A stretch of DNA of 64,000 nt from Candidatus Rokuibacteriota bacterium (GTDB lineage Bacteria; Methylomirabilota; Methylomirabilia; Rokubacteriales; CSP1-6), in assembly GCA_005887895.1 (NCBI GenBank), contig VBPC01000157.1, forward strand, positions 69,075 to 133,074, read 5' to 3'. Below, piece after piece: positions 45,771 to 54,247 of the stretch. The notes beneath the pieces were generated by a model. That model worked only from the letters and a program-made list of their open reading frames with translations. It was not told the DNA's origin and ran no database searches. Every line of letters begins with the position of its first letter. Positions within the stretch are counted from its first letter, which is position 1. Position numbers and translations under genes: made by a program.

Positions 45771-46259
45771 GGCGGCCTCTGCATCGCCCGCGGCGTCGGC
45801 GCCGCCGACTATCCGACCCGCGAGATCGAGCTGGTCGTGTCGTTCCCCGCCGGCGGGCCGGCCGACACCTCCGCGCGGATCATCGCGCCCAAGCTGAGCG
45901 CCCTGCTCCGCCAGCCCGTCGTCGTCGCCAACAAGCCGGGCGGCGGTGGCGCCGTCGGCGCCGACTACGTCGCGCGGGCCCGTCCCGACGGGCACATCGT
46001 CTACGCCTCGACCAACTCGGTGCTGACGATCACGCCGCGCCTGGTGAAGAGCCTGCCCTACAAGGTGAGCGACTTCGCGGCCATCGGCGCCTACGCGGTG
46101 GACCTCGGCGCCATCACCACGCGCGCGGGCGGCCCCGCCAGGACGCTCGAGGAGTTCGTGGAGTACGCGAAGAAGAACCCCGGCAAGCTCAACTTGAAGG
46201 ACTTCCCGGGCGTGCCGACCATGGCCGAGAAGGCGAAGCTCGATCTGCCGAAGCAGTAA
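45771..46259 (+). pseudogene. remnant of a Bug/TctC-family tripartite tricarboxylate transporter substrate-binding protein
   Basis: The frame opens directly after the LLM stop with the tail of a signal peptide and no start (..AADYPTREIELVVSFPAGGPADT..VVVANKPGGGGAVGADYVARARPDG..). An internal gap follows NPGKLN and the end is premature, giving about 160 aa against about 320 expected. Confidence 0.55.
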
Positions 46260-46274
46260 GGTATCCTAGCCGGC

Positions 46275-47486
46275 ATGACGAAATCGGGCTCCGACACCTT
46301 CGAGTCGCTGCTCTCCAGTCGCGCGCGGGTTGGCTGGGGCGTCGCCGTCGCCACCCCGCGCCCGTCGATGAGCGCCCTCTACGAGTTCGGCGGCGGCTAT
46401 CCCGATCCCGCCTCGTTCCCCTACGAAGGCATGATCGAGGCCACCGCCGACATGATGAAGGCCGAGGGCGCGGCGGCCATGACGTACGGCGAGCCGCAGG
46501 GCTACCGCGGCCTGCGGGAGCTGATCTGCCACAAGTACGAGCTCTTCGAGAAGATGAAGGCCGACCCGGAGAACATCATCGTCGCCAACGGCTCCGGGCA
46601 GGCGCTGGCGCTCGCCTTCGGCGCGTTCATCGATCCCGGCGACGTCGTCATCGCCGAGGCGCCGACGTTCTCGGGCTCGCTCAACACCATCCGCCGCCAC
46701 GGCCCCCAGATCCTCGACGTCCCGGTCGACGACGAGGGGATCGTGACCGCGGCCGTCCGGGAGCGACTGGAAGGGCTGCGCCGCCAGGGGCGCCGCTGCA
46801 AGCTCATCTACACGATCGTGAACTTCCAGAACCCGGCCGGCCCCAGCCAGTCGCTGGCGCGACGGCAGGAGCTGATCGCCCTCGCCAACGAGTACGAGAC
46901 GTTGATCCTGGAGGACGACGCGTACGGTGAGCTGCGCTTCGAGGGCGAGACGCTGCCGCCGCTCTATTCGCTCGACACCACCGGCCGCGTCGTCCGCGCC
47001 GGCACGCTGTCGAAGATCCTCGGCGCCGGCGTGCGGCTGGGCTGGCTGTGCGCGCCGCCGGAGATGATCCCGGCCTTCCAGGGGTTTCTCTTCGGCGGCG
47101 GCGTGAACCCGTTCATGTCGCGCGTGGCGACGTTCTTCCTGCGCACCGAGATGCCGGCCCACGTGGCCCGGCTCATCGCCGTCTACCGCGCCAAGCGCGA
47201 CGCCATGCTGCGCGCGCTCGACGAGGTGCTGGGCGCGACCGACGCGGTCATCAGCCGTCCGCAGGGCGGCTTCTTCCTCTGGATCAAGCTGCCGAGCGGC
47301 ACCAGCCAGAAACGGCTTGCCGAGCTGGCGATCGAGGCCCGCGTGCAGTACACGCCGGGCGCCGCCTTCTATGCCAACGGCGGCGGCGAGGAGTTCATCC
47401 GGCTCGCGTTCAGCTACGAGCCGCCGGAGAAGTGCTACGAAGGCGCGCGTCTGCTCGCGAAAGCGATCCTCGCTGCTCGGGCTTGA
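46275..47486 (+). CDS. PLP-dependent aminotransferase, class I/II (ARO8/LysN-like)
   Basis: Contains FGGGYPDPASFP, YGEPQGYRGLRE, ANGSGQALAL and the SKILGAGVRLGW Lys region. A TATCCT box lies 7 nt upstream of the ATG. Confidence 0.85.
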   Translation: MTKSGSDTFESLLSSRARVGWGVAVATPRPSMSALYEFGGGYPDPASFPYEGMIEATADMMKAEGAAAMTYGEPQGYRGLRELICHKYELFEKMKADPENIIVANGSGQALALAFGAFIDPGDVVIAEAPTFSGSLNTIRRHGPQILDVPVDDEGIVTAAVRERLEGLRRQGRRCKLIYTIVNFQNPAGPSQSLARRQELIALANEYETLILEDDAYGELRFEGETLPPLYSLDTTGRVVRAGTLSKILGAGVRLGWLCAPPEMIPAFQGFLFGGGVNPFMSRVATFFLRTEMPAHVARLIAVYRAKRDAMLRALDEVLGATDAVISRPQGGFFLWIKLPSGTSQKRLAELAIEARVQYTPGAAFYANGGGEEFIRLAFSYEPPEKCYEGARLLAKAILAARA

Positions 47487-47488
47487 AC

Positions 47489-47566
47489 GAGATGGGGGGC
47501 CGCGAAGGGCCCCCCACCCACCCCATGGTGGCTCGGAAGCGTCCCGGCGGAGCCGTGGCGCTCCTC
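47489..47566 (-). repeat. double-hairpin intergenic repeat, copy C (inverted orientation)
   Basis: The reverse complement reads GAGGAGCGCCACGGCTCCGCCGGGACGCTTCCGAGCCACCATGGGG..TGGGGGGCCCTTCGCGGCCCCCCATCTC, about 85% identical to copy B by eye. It sits between convergent genes. Confidence 0.7.
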
Positions 47567-47572
47567 GGGAAC

Positions 47573-48028
47573 CTAATCCCGCTCGATGTCGCGGACGTAG
47601 ATGTGATCGGCCACGACGGAGCGCGCCTTGATCGTGTCCGCGTAGATCACGCCGGCCGTGACGGACGGCGCCTTGATGTCGCCCTTGGTGTCCTTGATCT
47701 TCACGGTGTCGGACTGGTGAACGGTGCCCTGGACCATCGGCGCCTTGATCTTGTTGGCGTAGATGGTCTGCGCCCGAACGTCCTGCGCCTCGATGTCGCC
47801 GGCCTGCACCGTGGCCGGAGCGGACGGCACGACGACGGTGGGCGCCGGCTGCGGCACGACGACCGATGGCGCCGACGGCTGAATGGTCACCGACGGCTGG
47901 CTCGGTTGCACCACGACCGGCGCTTGCCCGGGCTGCACGATGACGTCGGCGGCGCCGGCGAACCCGGCCGCCACGACCCCCGCCACGAGCCCGATCACGG
48001 CTGCGAACCACGTTGTGCGTGCTCTCAT
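47573..48028 (-). CDS. secreted repeat protein, unknown function
   Basis: Signal peptide MRARTTWFAAVIGLVAGVVAAGFAGA. Next come QP/VV-rich repeats (VVVQPSQPSVTIQPSAPSVVVPQPAPTVVVP). The C-terminus has a repeated motif, VRAQTIYANKIKAPMV and VTAGVIYADTIKARSV. Confidence 0.55.
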   Translation of the reverse strand: MRARTTWFAAVIGLVAGVVAAGFAGAADVIVQPGQAPVVVQPSQPSVTIQPSAPSVVVPQPAPTVVVPSAPATVQAGDIEAQDVRAQTIYANKIKAPMVQGTVHQSDTVKIKDTKGDIKAPSVTAGVIYADTIKARSVVADHIYVRDIERD

Positions 48029-48146
48029 GTTGCCCCTCCCCCGCGGACCCGCCGGGCGGCGGGATCCGGCTTTTCGGGATCAGGGGGAGGACGTGCAAAG
48101 CGGGTGCCGCCGAGGGCGCCTGTGCTATCGTGGGCGAGCACTCACT

Positions 48147-49193
48147 GTGAGAACGCCGGCCCTGGACATCGCACTCGCGATCTCTCTTCGACCCACTGAC
48201 GCCCCGCTCGCGTCGCGCGAAGACCTCGCCGAGCTCGACGGCGACGACGTCCTGAATGCCGTCCGCGGCGCGCTCGCGACGCGCGGCTCGGTGCGCGTCT
48301 GGGACACCGCCACTCTCGGACCGGCCGCGATCGCCGCCGAGCCCCGGCCCGATCTCATCTTCAACCTCTCGGAGGGCGTGACCGGTAGCGGGCGCGAGGC
48401 CCAGGCGCCGGCGCTCTTCGAATGGCTGCAGTGGCCGTACGTCGGCAGCGATCCCGTCACGCTGGCGATCGCTCACGACAAGTGGCACACGAAGCGGATC
48501 CTCGTCGCCGACGGGATCCCGACACCGGCCGCGCGCCTGGTGCAGGACCCGCGCGACGCCGCGCTCGTCGACCTGGCCTTCCCGCTCATCGTGAAACCGG
48601 TCGCCGAAGGCTCGGGCAAGGGCATTCACGACGAGGACGTGGTCTCGTCGCCGGACGAGCTGGCGGCCTGCGCGCGGCGCAAGCTCGCGCGCTTCCGGCA
48701 GCCGGTGATCGTCGAGGAGTTCCTGCCCGGGCGCGAGCTGACGGTGGCGCTCATCGGCAACACCGGCGCCTGGGACGTGCTGCCGCTGGTCGAGGTCAAC
48801 TTTCCGGCCGTCGGCGGCGGCCGCCATCGGGTGTTCGGCTACGAGGCCAAGTGGTCGGAGCCGACGCCGGACGATCTGCTGTGCCCGGCGCCGGTCGGCG
48901 ACGCGCTGCGGAAGGAGATCGAGGCGCTGGCGACGGCGACCTGCGACGCGCTGCGCGTCCGCGACTGGGCACGGGTCGACGTGCGTCTCGACGCCGACGG
49001 GCGTCCCTCCGTGCTCGACGTCAATCCGCTGCCTGGCATCATGCCCGGCGACGGCGACATCTCCTGCTTCACGCGCGCGGCCTTCGCCGCCGGCCTGCGC
49101 TACGACGACCTGATCCGCCGCCTCGTCGACACCGCGCTCGAGCGGTATCGCTCGGGTTCCTTCCTGTCCTACCGGCCCGGGCCGACGGCGTAG
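48147..49193 (+). CDS. D-alanine--D-alanine ligase-family ATP-grasp enzyme (substrates unknown)
   Basis: Contains DLIFNLSEGV.GSGREAQAPALFEWLQWPYVGSD, AHDKWHTKRIL, FPLIVKPVAEGSGKGI, VIVEEFLPGRELTVALIGN and ARVDVRLDADGRPSVLDVNPLPG. The GTG at 48147 is the first in-frame start after the divergent gene. Confidence 0.8.
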   Translation: MRTPALDIALAISLRPTDAPLASREDLAELDGDDVLNAVRGALATRGSVRVWDTATLGPAAIAAEPRPDLIFNLSEGVTGSGREAQAPALFEWLQWPYVGSDPVTLAIAHDKWHTKRILVADGIPTPAARLVQDPRDAALVDLAFPLIVKPVAEGSGKGIHDEDVVSSPDELAACARRKLARFRQPVIVEEFLPGRELTVALIGNTGAWDVLPLVEVNFPAVGGGRHRVFGYEAKWSEPTPDDLLCPAPVGDALRKEIEALATATCDALRVRDWARVDVRLDADGRPSVLDVNPLPGIMPGDGDISCFTRAAFAAGLRYDDLIRRLVDTALERYRSGSFLSYRPGPTA

Positions 49194-49198
49194 CGCCG

Positions 49199-50413
49199 AT
49201 GGGCGAATCGATCCGCGAGCGCATCCTCGACCTGCTGCGGCCGACGCCTGCGGAATGGGCGGACTGGAAGTGGCACTTCCGCCATCGCATCACCACGGCC
49301 GAGGCGCTGGCGCGCATCGTGCCGATCGCGCCCGACGCCGTCTCCCGGCTCGCCGCCGTGGCCACGAAGTTCCCGCTGTCGATCACGCCGTACTACCTGG
49401 CGCTCGTTCGCGACGGCGATCCCGACGACCCGATCCTGCAGCAATCGATGCCGGACCCGCGCGAGACCGCGCTGGCCGACCTCGGCGAGGACGATCCGCT
49501 GGAGGAGTCGGCCGACTCGCCGGTGCCCGGGCTCGTGCATCGCTATCCCGATCGCGCGCTGCTGGTCGTCACCGACATCTGTCCGCTGCTGTGCCGGCAC
49601 TGCACGCGCAAGCGCGAGTGGGAGTTCGGCAACTGGGTCCGCCGGCCGTCCGAGATCGACGCGGCCGTGGAGTACCTGCGCGCCACGCCGACCATCCGCG
49701 ACGTCATCATCTCCGGCGGGGATCCGCTGACACTGGACAATGCCCGCCTCGGCGACCTCCTGGCCCGGCTGCGCTCGATCCCGCACCTGGAGATCATCCG
49801 GTTCGGCACCCGGTTTCCCGTCGTCCTGCCGCAGCGGATCGACGCGGAGTTCTGCCGGCTGTGCGATCGCTACGGGCCGATCTGGCTCAACACGCACTTC
49901 AATCATCCGAACGAGATCACGCCGGAGGCCGAGCGGGCGGTGCGCGAGCTCTTGCGGGCGGGCGTGCCGGTCAACAACCAGACGGTGCTGCTGCGCGGGA
50001 TCAACGACACGGTGGAGATCCAGCGACGGCTGAGCCGGGAGCTGCTCAGGATCCGCGTGCGGCCCTATTACCTCTATCACGCCGACGAGGTTCGTGGCAC
50101 CGAGCACCTGCGGACGCCGGTCGAGCGCGGGCTCGAGATCCTCGAGGGCCTGCGGGGGCACACCTCGGGCCTCGGCGTGCCGACGTTCGTCATCGACGTG
50201 CCCGGCGGGGGCGGCAAGATCCCGCTGCTGCCGAACTACGTCGTTTCGTGGACGGACGAGGAGCTGACCGTCCGCAACTACGAAGGCCTCACGTTCCGGT
50301 ACCGCAACCCGGCGGACGACGCGGCCGACCGGGCATCCACCGCCGCGTCGCCCCCCAGCCCGCGCCTCGCCAGGCGCCGCCAAAGGAGCGACACCGCGCG
50401 GAAGCGCTCGTGA
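49199..50413 (+). CDS. kamA: KamA-family radical SAM aminomutase (lysine 2,3-aminomutase-like)
   Basis: Contains WADWKWHFRHRI, TPYYLAL, HRYPDRALLVVTDICPLLCRHCTRKRE (the CxxxCxxC cluster), ISGGDPL, PYYLYHADE and FVIDVPGGGGKIP. Confidence 0.9.
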   Translation: MGESIRERILDLLRPTPAEWADWKWHFRHRITTAEALARIVPIAPDAVSRLAAVATKFPLSITPYYLALVRDGDPDDPILQQSMPDPRETALADLGEDDPLEESADSPVPGLVHRYPDRALLVVTDICPLLCRHCTRKREWEFGNWVRRPSEIDAAVEYLRATPTIRDVIISGGDPLTLDNARLGDLLARLRSIPHLEIIRFGTRFPVVLPQRIDAEFCRLCDRYGPIWLNTHFNHPNEITPEAERAVRELLRAGVPVNNQTVLLRGINDTVEIQRRLSRELLRIRVRPYYLYHADEVRGTEHLRTPVERGLEILEGLRGHTSGLGVPTFVIDVPGGGGKIPLLPNYVVSWTDEELTVRNYEGLTFRYRNPADDAADRASTAASPPSPRLARRRQRSDTARKRS

Positions 50414-52623
50414 CCGCGGGGCCGCCGCTCGGCCCGTTCGGCTTCCTGCGCGCCTCCGTCGCCTGGCTGCAGCCCTACCGGACGCCATGCGCGCTGATCG
50501 TCCTCACCCTCGTGCCGGCCGTGGCCTTCTGCACCGTGCAGCCGCTGCTGCTGAGGGCGCTCGTCGACGAGGCGGTGATCCCGCGCGATCACGCGCGCGC
50601 CGTGTTCCTCATCGTGGCGCTGGCGGCGCTGCTCGCCGTCGACGCCGTGAGCGAGCTGGCCAACCACTACCTGATCGCGCGGGTGGGCGGCCGGGTCACC
50701 AACGACCTTCGCCTGCGGATGCTCGAGCACTTCCAGCGGCTGTCGCTGAGCTTCTACGACCGCTCCCAGGTCGGCAGCCTCCTGTCACGCTTCACGTCGG
50801 ATCTCGACGCCGTCGAGCGCGCGCTCACGCGCGATCTGCGGACCGCGGTCACCCGGGCGGGGACGATCGTGGTCGGCCTGGCGGTCCTGTTCGTGGTGGA
50901 GTGGCGGCTGGCCCTGCTGACGCTCGTGTTCCTGCCCGGCATCTACCTGGGCCCCCGGCTGATCGGGCCGCGCGCCGATCGGGCGAGCTACCAGCGGCAG
51001 GAAGAGGGCGCCCGCTTCGCCGCCGCGGTGCAGGAAAACCTCTCGGCGCAGGTCGTGATCAAGGCCTTCGGCCTGCAGCAGCTCACGCTCGGGCGCCTCG
51101 GCGCCGACCTTGCCCGGCTGGCGGCGCGCACGGAGCGCGTCGGACTGCTGGCGGGTCTGCAGGCCGCGACGATCTCGGCCAGCGGATCGAGCCTGCTGGT
51201 CGTCACGATCGGCGCCGGCACGTTCCTGACGATCCGCGGCGAGCTCTCGGTCGGCTCGCTGGTGGCGTTCTTCGAGCTCATCTGGTGGATGGTGTCGGCC
51301 GTCCAGCAGCTCTCCGACCTCGTGCTGCCGCTGCAGCAGGCGGCCGGGGGAACCCAGCGCATCCAGGAGCTCCTCGCCGAGCGCCCGGAGGTGGAGGACG
51401 CGGCTGACGCCATCGCGCTCCCGCCGTTCACCCGCGAGCTGCGCTTTCACGACGTCGGCTTCAGCTACACCAGTGCGCGGCCGAACCTCACCGGGGTGAA
51501 CCTGGCCGTTCCGGCCGGGCGCTCGATCGCGATCGTGGGCCCCAGCGGCTGCGGCAAGAGCACCGTGCTGGGACTGATGCTGCGCTTCCGCGATCCCGAC
51601 GCCGGTGGGGTGACCGTGGACGGTCACGACCTGCGCAGGGTCACTCAGGCGTCGCTGCGGGCGCAGATGGCTCCGGTCTTCCAGGACAGCTTCCTCTTCG
51701 ACACGACGATCCGCGAGAACATCCGGCTCGGCCGGCCCCGCGCCGTCGATCCCGAGGTGGAGGCGGCCGCCCGCGCGGCCGAGATCCACGACTTCATCGT
51801 GTCGCTACCCCACGGATACGACAGCCACGTCGGCGAGCGGGGCGCGCGGCTGTCGGGCGGCCAGCGGCAGCGGATCGCGCTGGCCCGCGCGATCGTCAGG
51901 AACCCGAGCATCCTGTTGCTCGACGAGGCCACCTCGGCGCTCGACGCCCAGACCGAGGGGGCGATCAACGCCACGCTGGAGCGGCTGGCTACCGCCCGGA
52001 CGGTCGTGTCGGTCACGCACCGCCTGACGTCGGTGGTGGGCGCCGACCGGATCGTCGTGCTGGATCACGGCGAGGTGCTGGAGCAGGGCAGGCACGAGGA
52101 GCTGCTCGGGCTCAAGGGCGCCTATCACCGGTTGTGGGAGCAGCAGTCCGGGTTCGTGATCAGCCCGGACGGTCGGCGCGCAGCCGTGACCCCGGCCCGC
52201 CTGCGCGCGATGCCCGCGTTCGAAGGAATGGAGGACGATCACCTGACGCAGCTGGCCGCGTGCTTCGGCAGCGAGCACCATCCGGCCGGCGCCACGATCG
52301 TGGAGGAGAGCGAGGAGGGCGACAAGTTCTACGTCATCGTGCGCGGGACGCTGGAGGTCGTCCAGGCCGACCGTGCCGGCCCGCCGCGACTGCTGCGCGT
52401 CCTGCAGGACGGCGACTTCTTCGGCGAGATCGCGCTGATCGAGAACGTCGCGCGGACGGCCACGGTGCGGGCCCGAACCGCCTGCCTGCTGCTGGTGCTG
52501 GCGCGCGACGCGTTTCTCGGCGTGCTGCGGGCCTCGCCCGAGCTGCGCGCCGTGTTCGATCGCGCCGCCGCGCTGCGCCGCGAGGACGCCATCCGGGATC
52601 GCCTGAGCACCTCTCCCGAGTGA
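50410..52623 (+). CDS. ABC exporter (fused TMD-NBD, MsbA-like) with C-terminal cyclic-nucleotide-binding domain
   Basis: The GTG start overlaps the kamA stop (GTGA). It has a 6-TM region, Walker A GPSGCGKST, signature LSGGQRQR and Walker B ILLLDEATSALD. A cNMP domain follows (GDKFYVIVRGTLEV, GDFFGEIALI, RTATVRA). Confidence 0.85.
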   Translation: MTAGPPLGPFGFLRASVAWLQPYRTPCALIVLTLVPAVAFCTVQPLLLRALVDEAVIPRDHARAVFLIVALAALLAVDAVSELANHYLIARVGGRVTNDLRLRMLEHFQRLSLSFYDRSQVGSLLSRFTSDLDAVERALTRDLRTAVTRAGTIVVGLAVLFVVEWRLALLTLVFLPGIYLGPRLIGPRADRASYQRQEEGARFAAAVQENLSAQVVIKAFGLQQLTLGRLGADLARLAARTERVGLLAGLQAATISASGSSLLVVTIGAGTFLTIRGELSVGSLVAFFELIWWMVSAVQQLSDLVLPLQQAAGGTQRIQELLAERPEVEDAADAIALPPFTRELRFHDVGFSYTSARPNLTGVNLAVPAGRSIAIVGPSGCGKSTVLGLMLRFRDPDAGGVTVDGHDLRRVTQASLRAQMAPVFQDSFLFDTTIRENIRLGRPRAVDPEVEAAARAAEIHDFIVSLPHGYDSHVGERGARLSGGQRQRIALARAIVRNPSILLLDEATSALDAQTEGAINATLERLATARTVVSVTHRLTSVVGADRIVVLDHGEVLEQGRHEELLGLKGAYHRLWEQQSGFVISPDGRRAAVTPARLRAMPAFEGMEDDHLTQLAACFGSEHHPAGATIVEESEEGDKFYVIVRGTLEVVQADRAGPPRLLRVLQDGDFFGEIALIENVARTATVRARTACLLLVLARDAFLGVLRASPELRAVFDRAAALRREDAIRDRLSTSPE

Positions 52624-52681
52624 CGTCGAGGCGGCTGCCGCTCCGGCCGTCGGTCCCGGCCGTGCCTGGGGCCTGTCGCGA

Positions 52682-52699
52682 TGGCATGGCGCGGTGCCA
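52682..52699. promoter_or_regulatory. palindrome TGGCA-N8-TGCCA about 130 nt upstream of the pal sigma-54-like promoter
   Basis: The sequence aTGGCAtggcgcggTGCCAa lies in a 282-nt non-coding gap. Confidence 0.3.
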
Positions 52700-52813
52700 A
52701 TGGGTGTTCGCCCGCGGGTGGCGGCTGGATCAAGCGTGACCGCTGGGCCCGCCTTTCACCACTTTCTATCCGGCCCGCCTGAATCCTGACCGCCATCGGG
52801 CCGCTCCCGGGCT

Positions 52814-52829
52814 TGGCACATTTGCTGCT
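52814..52829 (+). promoter_or_regulatory. candidate sigma-54 promoter upstream of pal
   Basis: TGGCACATTTGCTGCT has a perfect -24 element and a -12 CTGC with correct spacing. It lies about 78 nt upstream of the ATG at 52906. Confidence 0.4.
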
Positions 52830-52905
52830 GGCCACTGCGGGGTTGCAGCTCCCGATGTCCGAGCGTGGGAAAAAACCCGCGACAACGAAGCAAAGGAGGA
52901 ATCGC

Positions 52906-53415
52906 ATGATCTTCGGATCTCGCGTACTCCGCTTCTCGGCGTGCCTGCTGCTCCTGGGCCTCGTTGCCTGCGACAAGGGGCCGTCGGCTCCGAGCAGCCA
53001 GGCGAGGCCCGCGGCATCCGGCATGGTGGCCTCCGCGGCGCCGGCCACGACGCCGAGCGCGAAGGACTTCGCACCGGCGACCAGTCTGACGCCGCTGCAC
53101 TTCGCGTTCGACAAGCACGAGGTGCTCGCGGGCGATCGCGGCGCCCTCGACCAGACCGCGCGCTGGCTGAAGGCGCGTCCGGAGATGATGGTGCAGATCG
53201 CCGGCCACGGTGACGAGCGCGGCACCGACGCCTACAACCTGGCGCTGGGCGAGCGGCGAGCGCACTCGATCCGGATCGCGCTCACCAAGCTGGGCGTCGA
53301 TTCCCGGCGGCTCACGACCACGAGCTACGGAGAGAACCGCCCCCTCTGCTCCGTTCACACCGAAGACTGCTGGGCCAAGAACCGCCGCGCGGAATTCCTC
53401 GTCAAGCCCCAGTAG
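52906..53415 (+). CDS. pal: peptidoglycan-associated lipoprotein (OmpA-like domain)
   Basis: AAAGGAGGA RBS and a lipobox LLLLGLVAC. OmpA-like domain: LHFAFDKHEV.., GHGDERGTDAYNLALGERRA and NRRAEFLV. Confidence 0.85.
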   Translation: MIFGSRVLRFSACLLLLGLVACDKGPSAPSSQARPAASGMVASAAPATTPSAKDFAPATSLTPLHFAFDKHEVLAGDRGALDQTARWLKARPEMMVQIAGHGDERGTDAYNLALGERRAHSIRIALTKLGVDSRRLTTTSYGENRPLCSVHTEDCWAKNRRAEFLVKPQ

Positions 53416-53540
53416 CACGGCAAGCGCCCGCGGGAAGCGGGGGTCCCGCCGCCGGGGCCCCCCGAGTCGGCCGCGACGGATCGACGGGCGAGTTGCGCAC
53501 GGCGGACGTCCGGGATACAAGGGCCGTCGGGAGGTCCCGG

Positions 53541-54167
53541 ATGACGATCGATCGGCTCGCCCACCCCGCCCTGGTGATCGTGGACATGCAGAACGACTTC
53601 GTCCGGATCGGCGCCCCGCTGGAAGTCCCCGAGTCGCGGCCGACCATCCCGGTGCACCAGCGGCTGCTCGCCGCCTGTCGCGAGCGGAGCATCCCCGTGA
53701 TCTACACCAAGTTCGTGGCCGGACCCGAACGAACGCTCGTCTGGGAGTGGTCGCCGGTCCTTGCGCCCCCGGTGTGCTGCTGCTGGAAGGGCTTTCTCCG
53801 CCACTACGACGACGTCGGCAAGGAGTTGGACTGCTCGGACATCATCGACGAGATCTATCCGGAGCCGGGGGATCCCATCGTCGACAAGTTCGGCTACGGG
53901 GCCTTCCACAACACCAATCTCGACGATCTGCTCGAGGCGCGCCACGTCGAGTCGGTGCTCGTGACCGGCACCGTCACCCAGATCTGCGTCGAGGAGACGG
54001 CCCGCGAGAGCTTCAAGCGGGGCTACCGGACGACCATCGTCTCCGACGCCGTGTCCTCGTACATGCCGGACCTGCACGCCGCCGTCCTGAAGAATTTTGC
54101 GCTGAAGTTCGGCTGGGTCTCCCCCGCCGCCGAGGTCATCGCCGCCCTCGAGGGGCGGGCGGGTTAA
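53541..54167 (+). CDS. isochorismatase-family cysteine hydrolase
   Basis: GGGAGG RBS. Contains ALVIVDMQNDF, KFGYGAFHNTNLDDLL and VLVTGTVTQICVEETAR. Confidence 0.85.
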   Translation: MTIDRLAHPALVIVDMQNDFVRIGAPLEVPESRPTIPVHQRLLAACRERSIPVIYTKFVAGPERTLVWEWSPVLAPPVCCCWKGFLRHYDDVGKELDCSDIIDEIYPEPGDPIVDKFGYGAFHNTNLDDLLEARHVESVLVTGTVTQICVEETARESFKRGYRTTIVSDAVSSYMPDLHAAVLKNFALKFGWVSPAAEVIAALEGRAG

Positions 54168-54169
54168 AG

Positions 54170-54246
54170 AGGAGCGCCGCGGCTTCGCCGGGGCGCTCCG
54201 AACCACCAATGGGGGCTTGGGGGGCCCGTTCGAGGCCCCCCATCTC
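54170..54246 (+). repeat. double-hairpin intergenic repeat, copy B
   Basis: 32 of its first 34 nt are identical to copy A, and it has the same GGGGGGCCC..GGCCCCCCATCTC second hairpin. It exactly fills the gap between convergent stop codons (54167 and 54248). Confidence 0.7.
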
Positions 54247-54247
54247 A

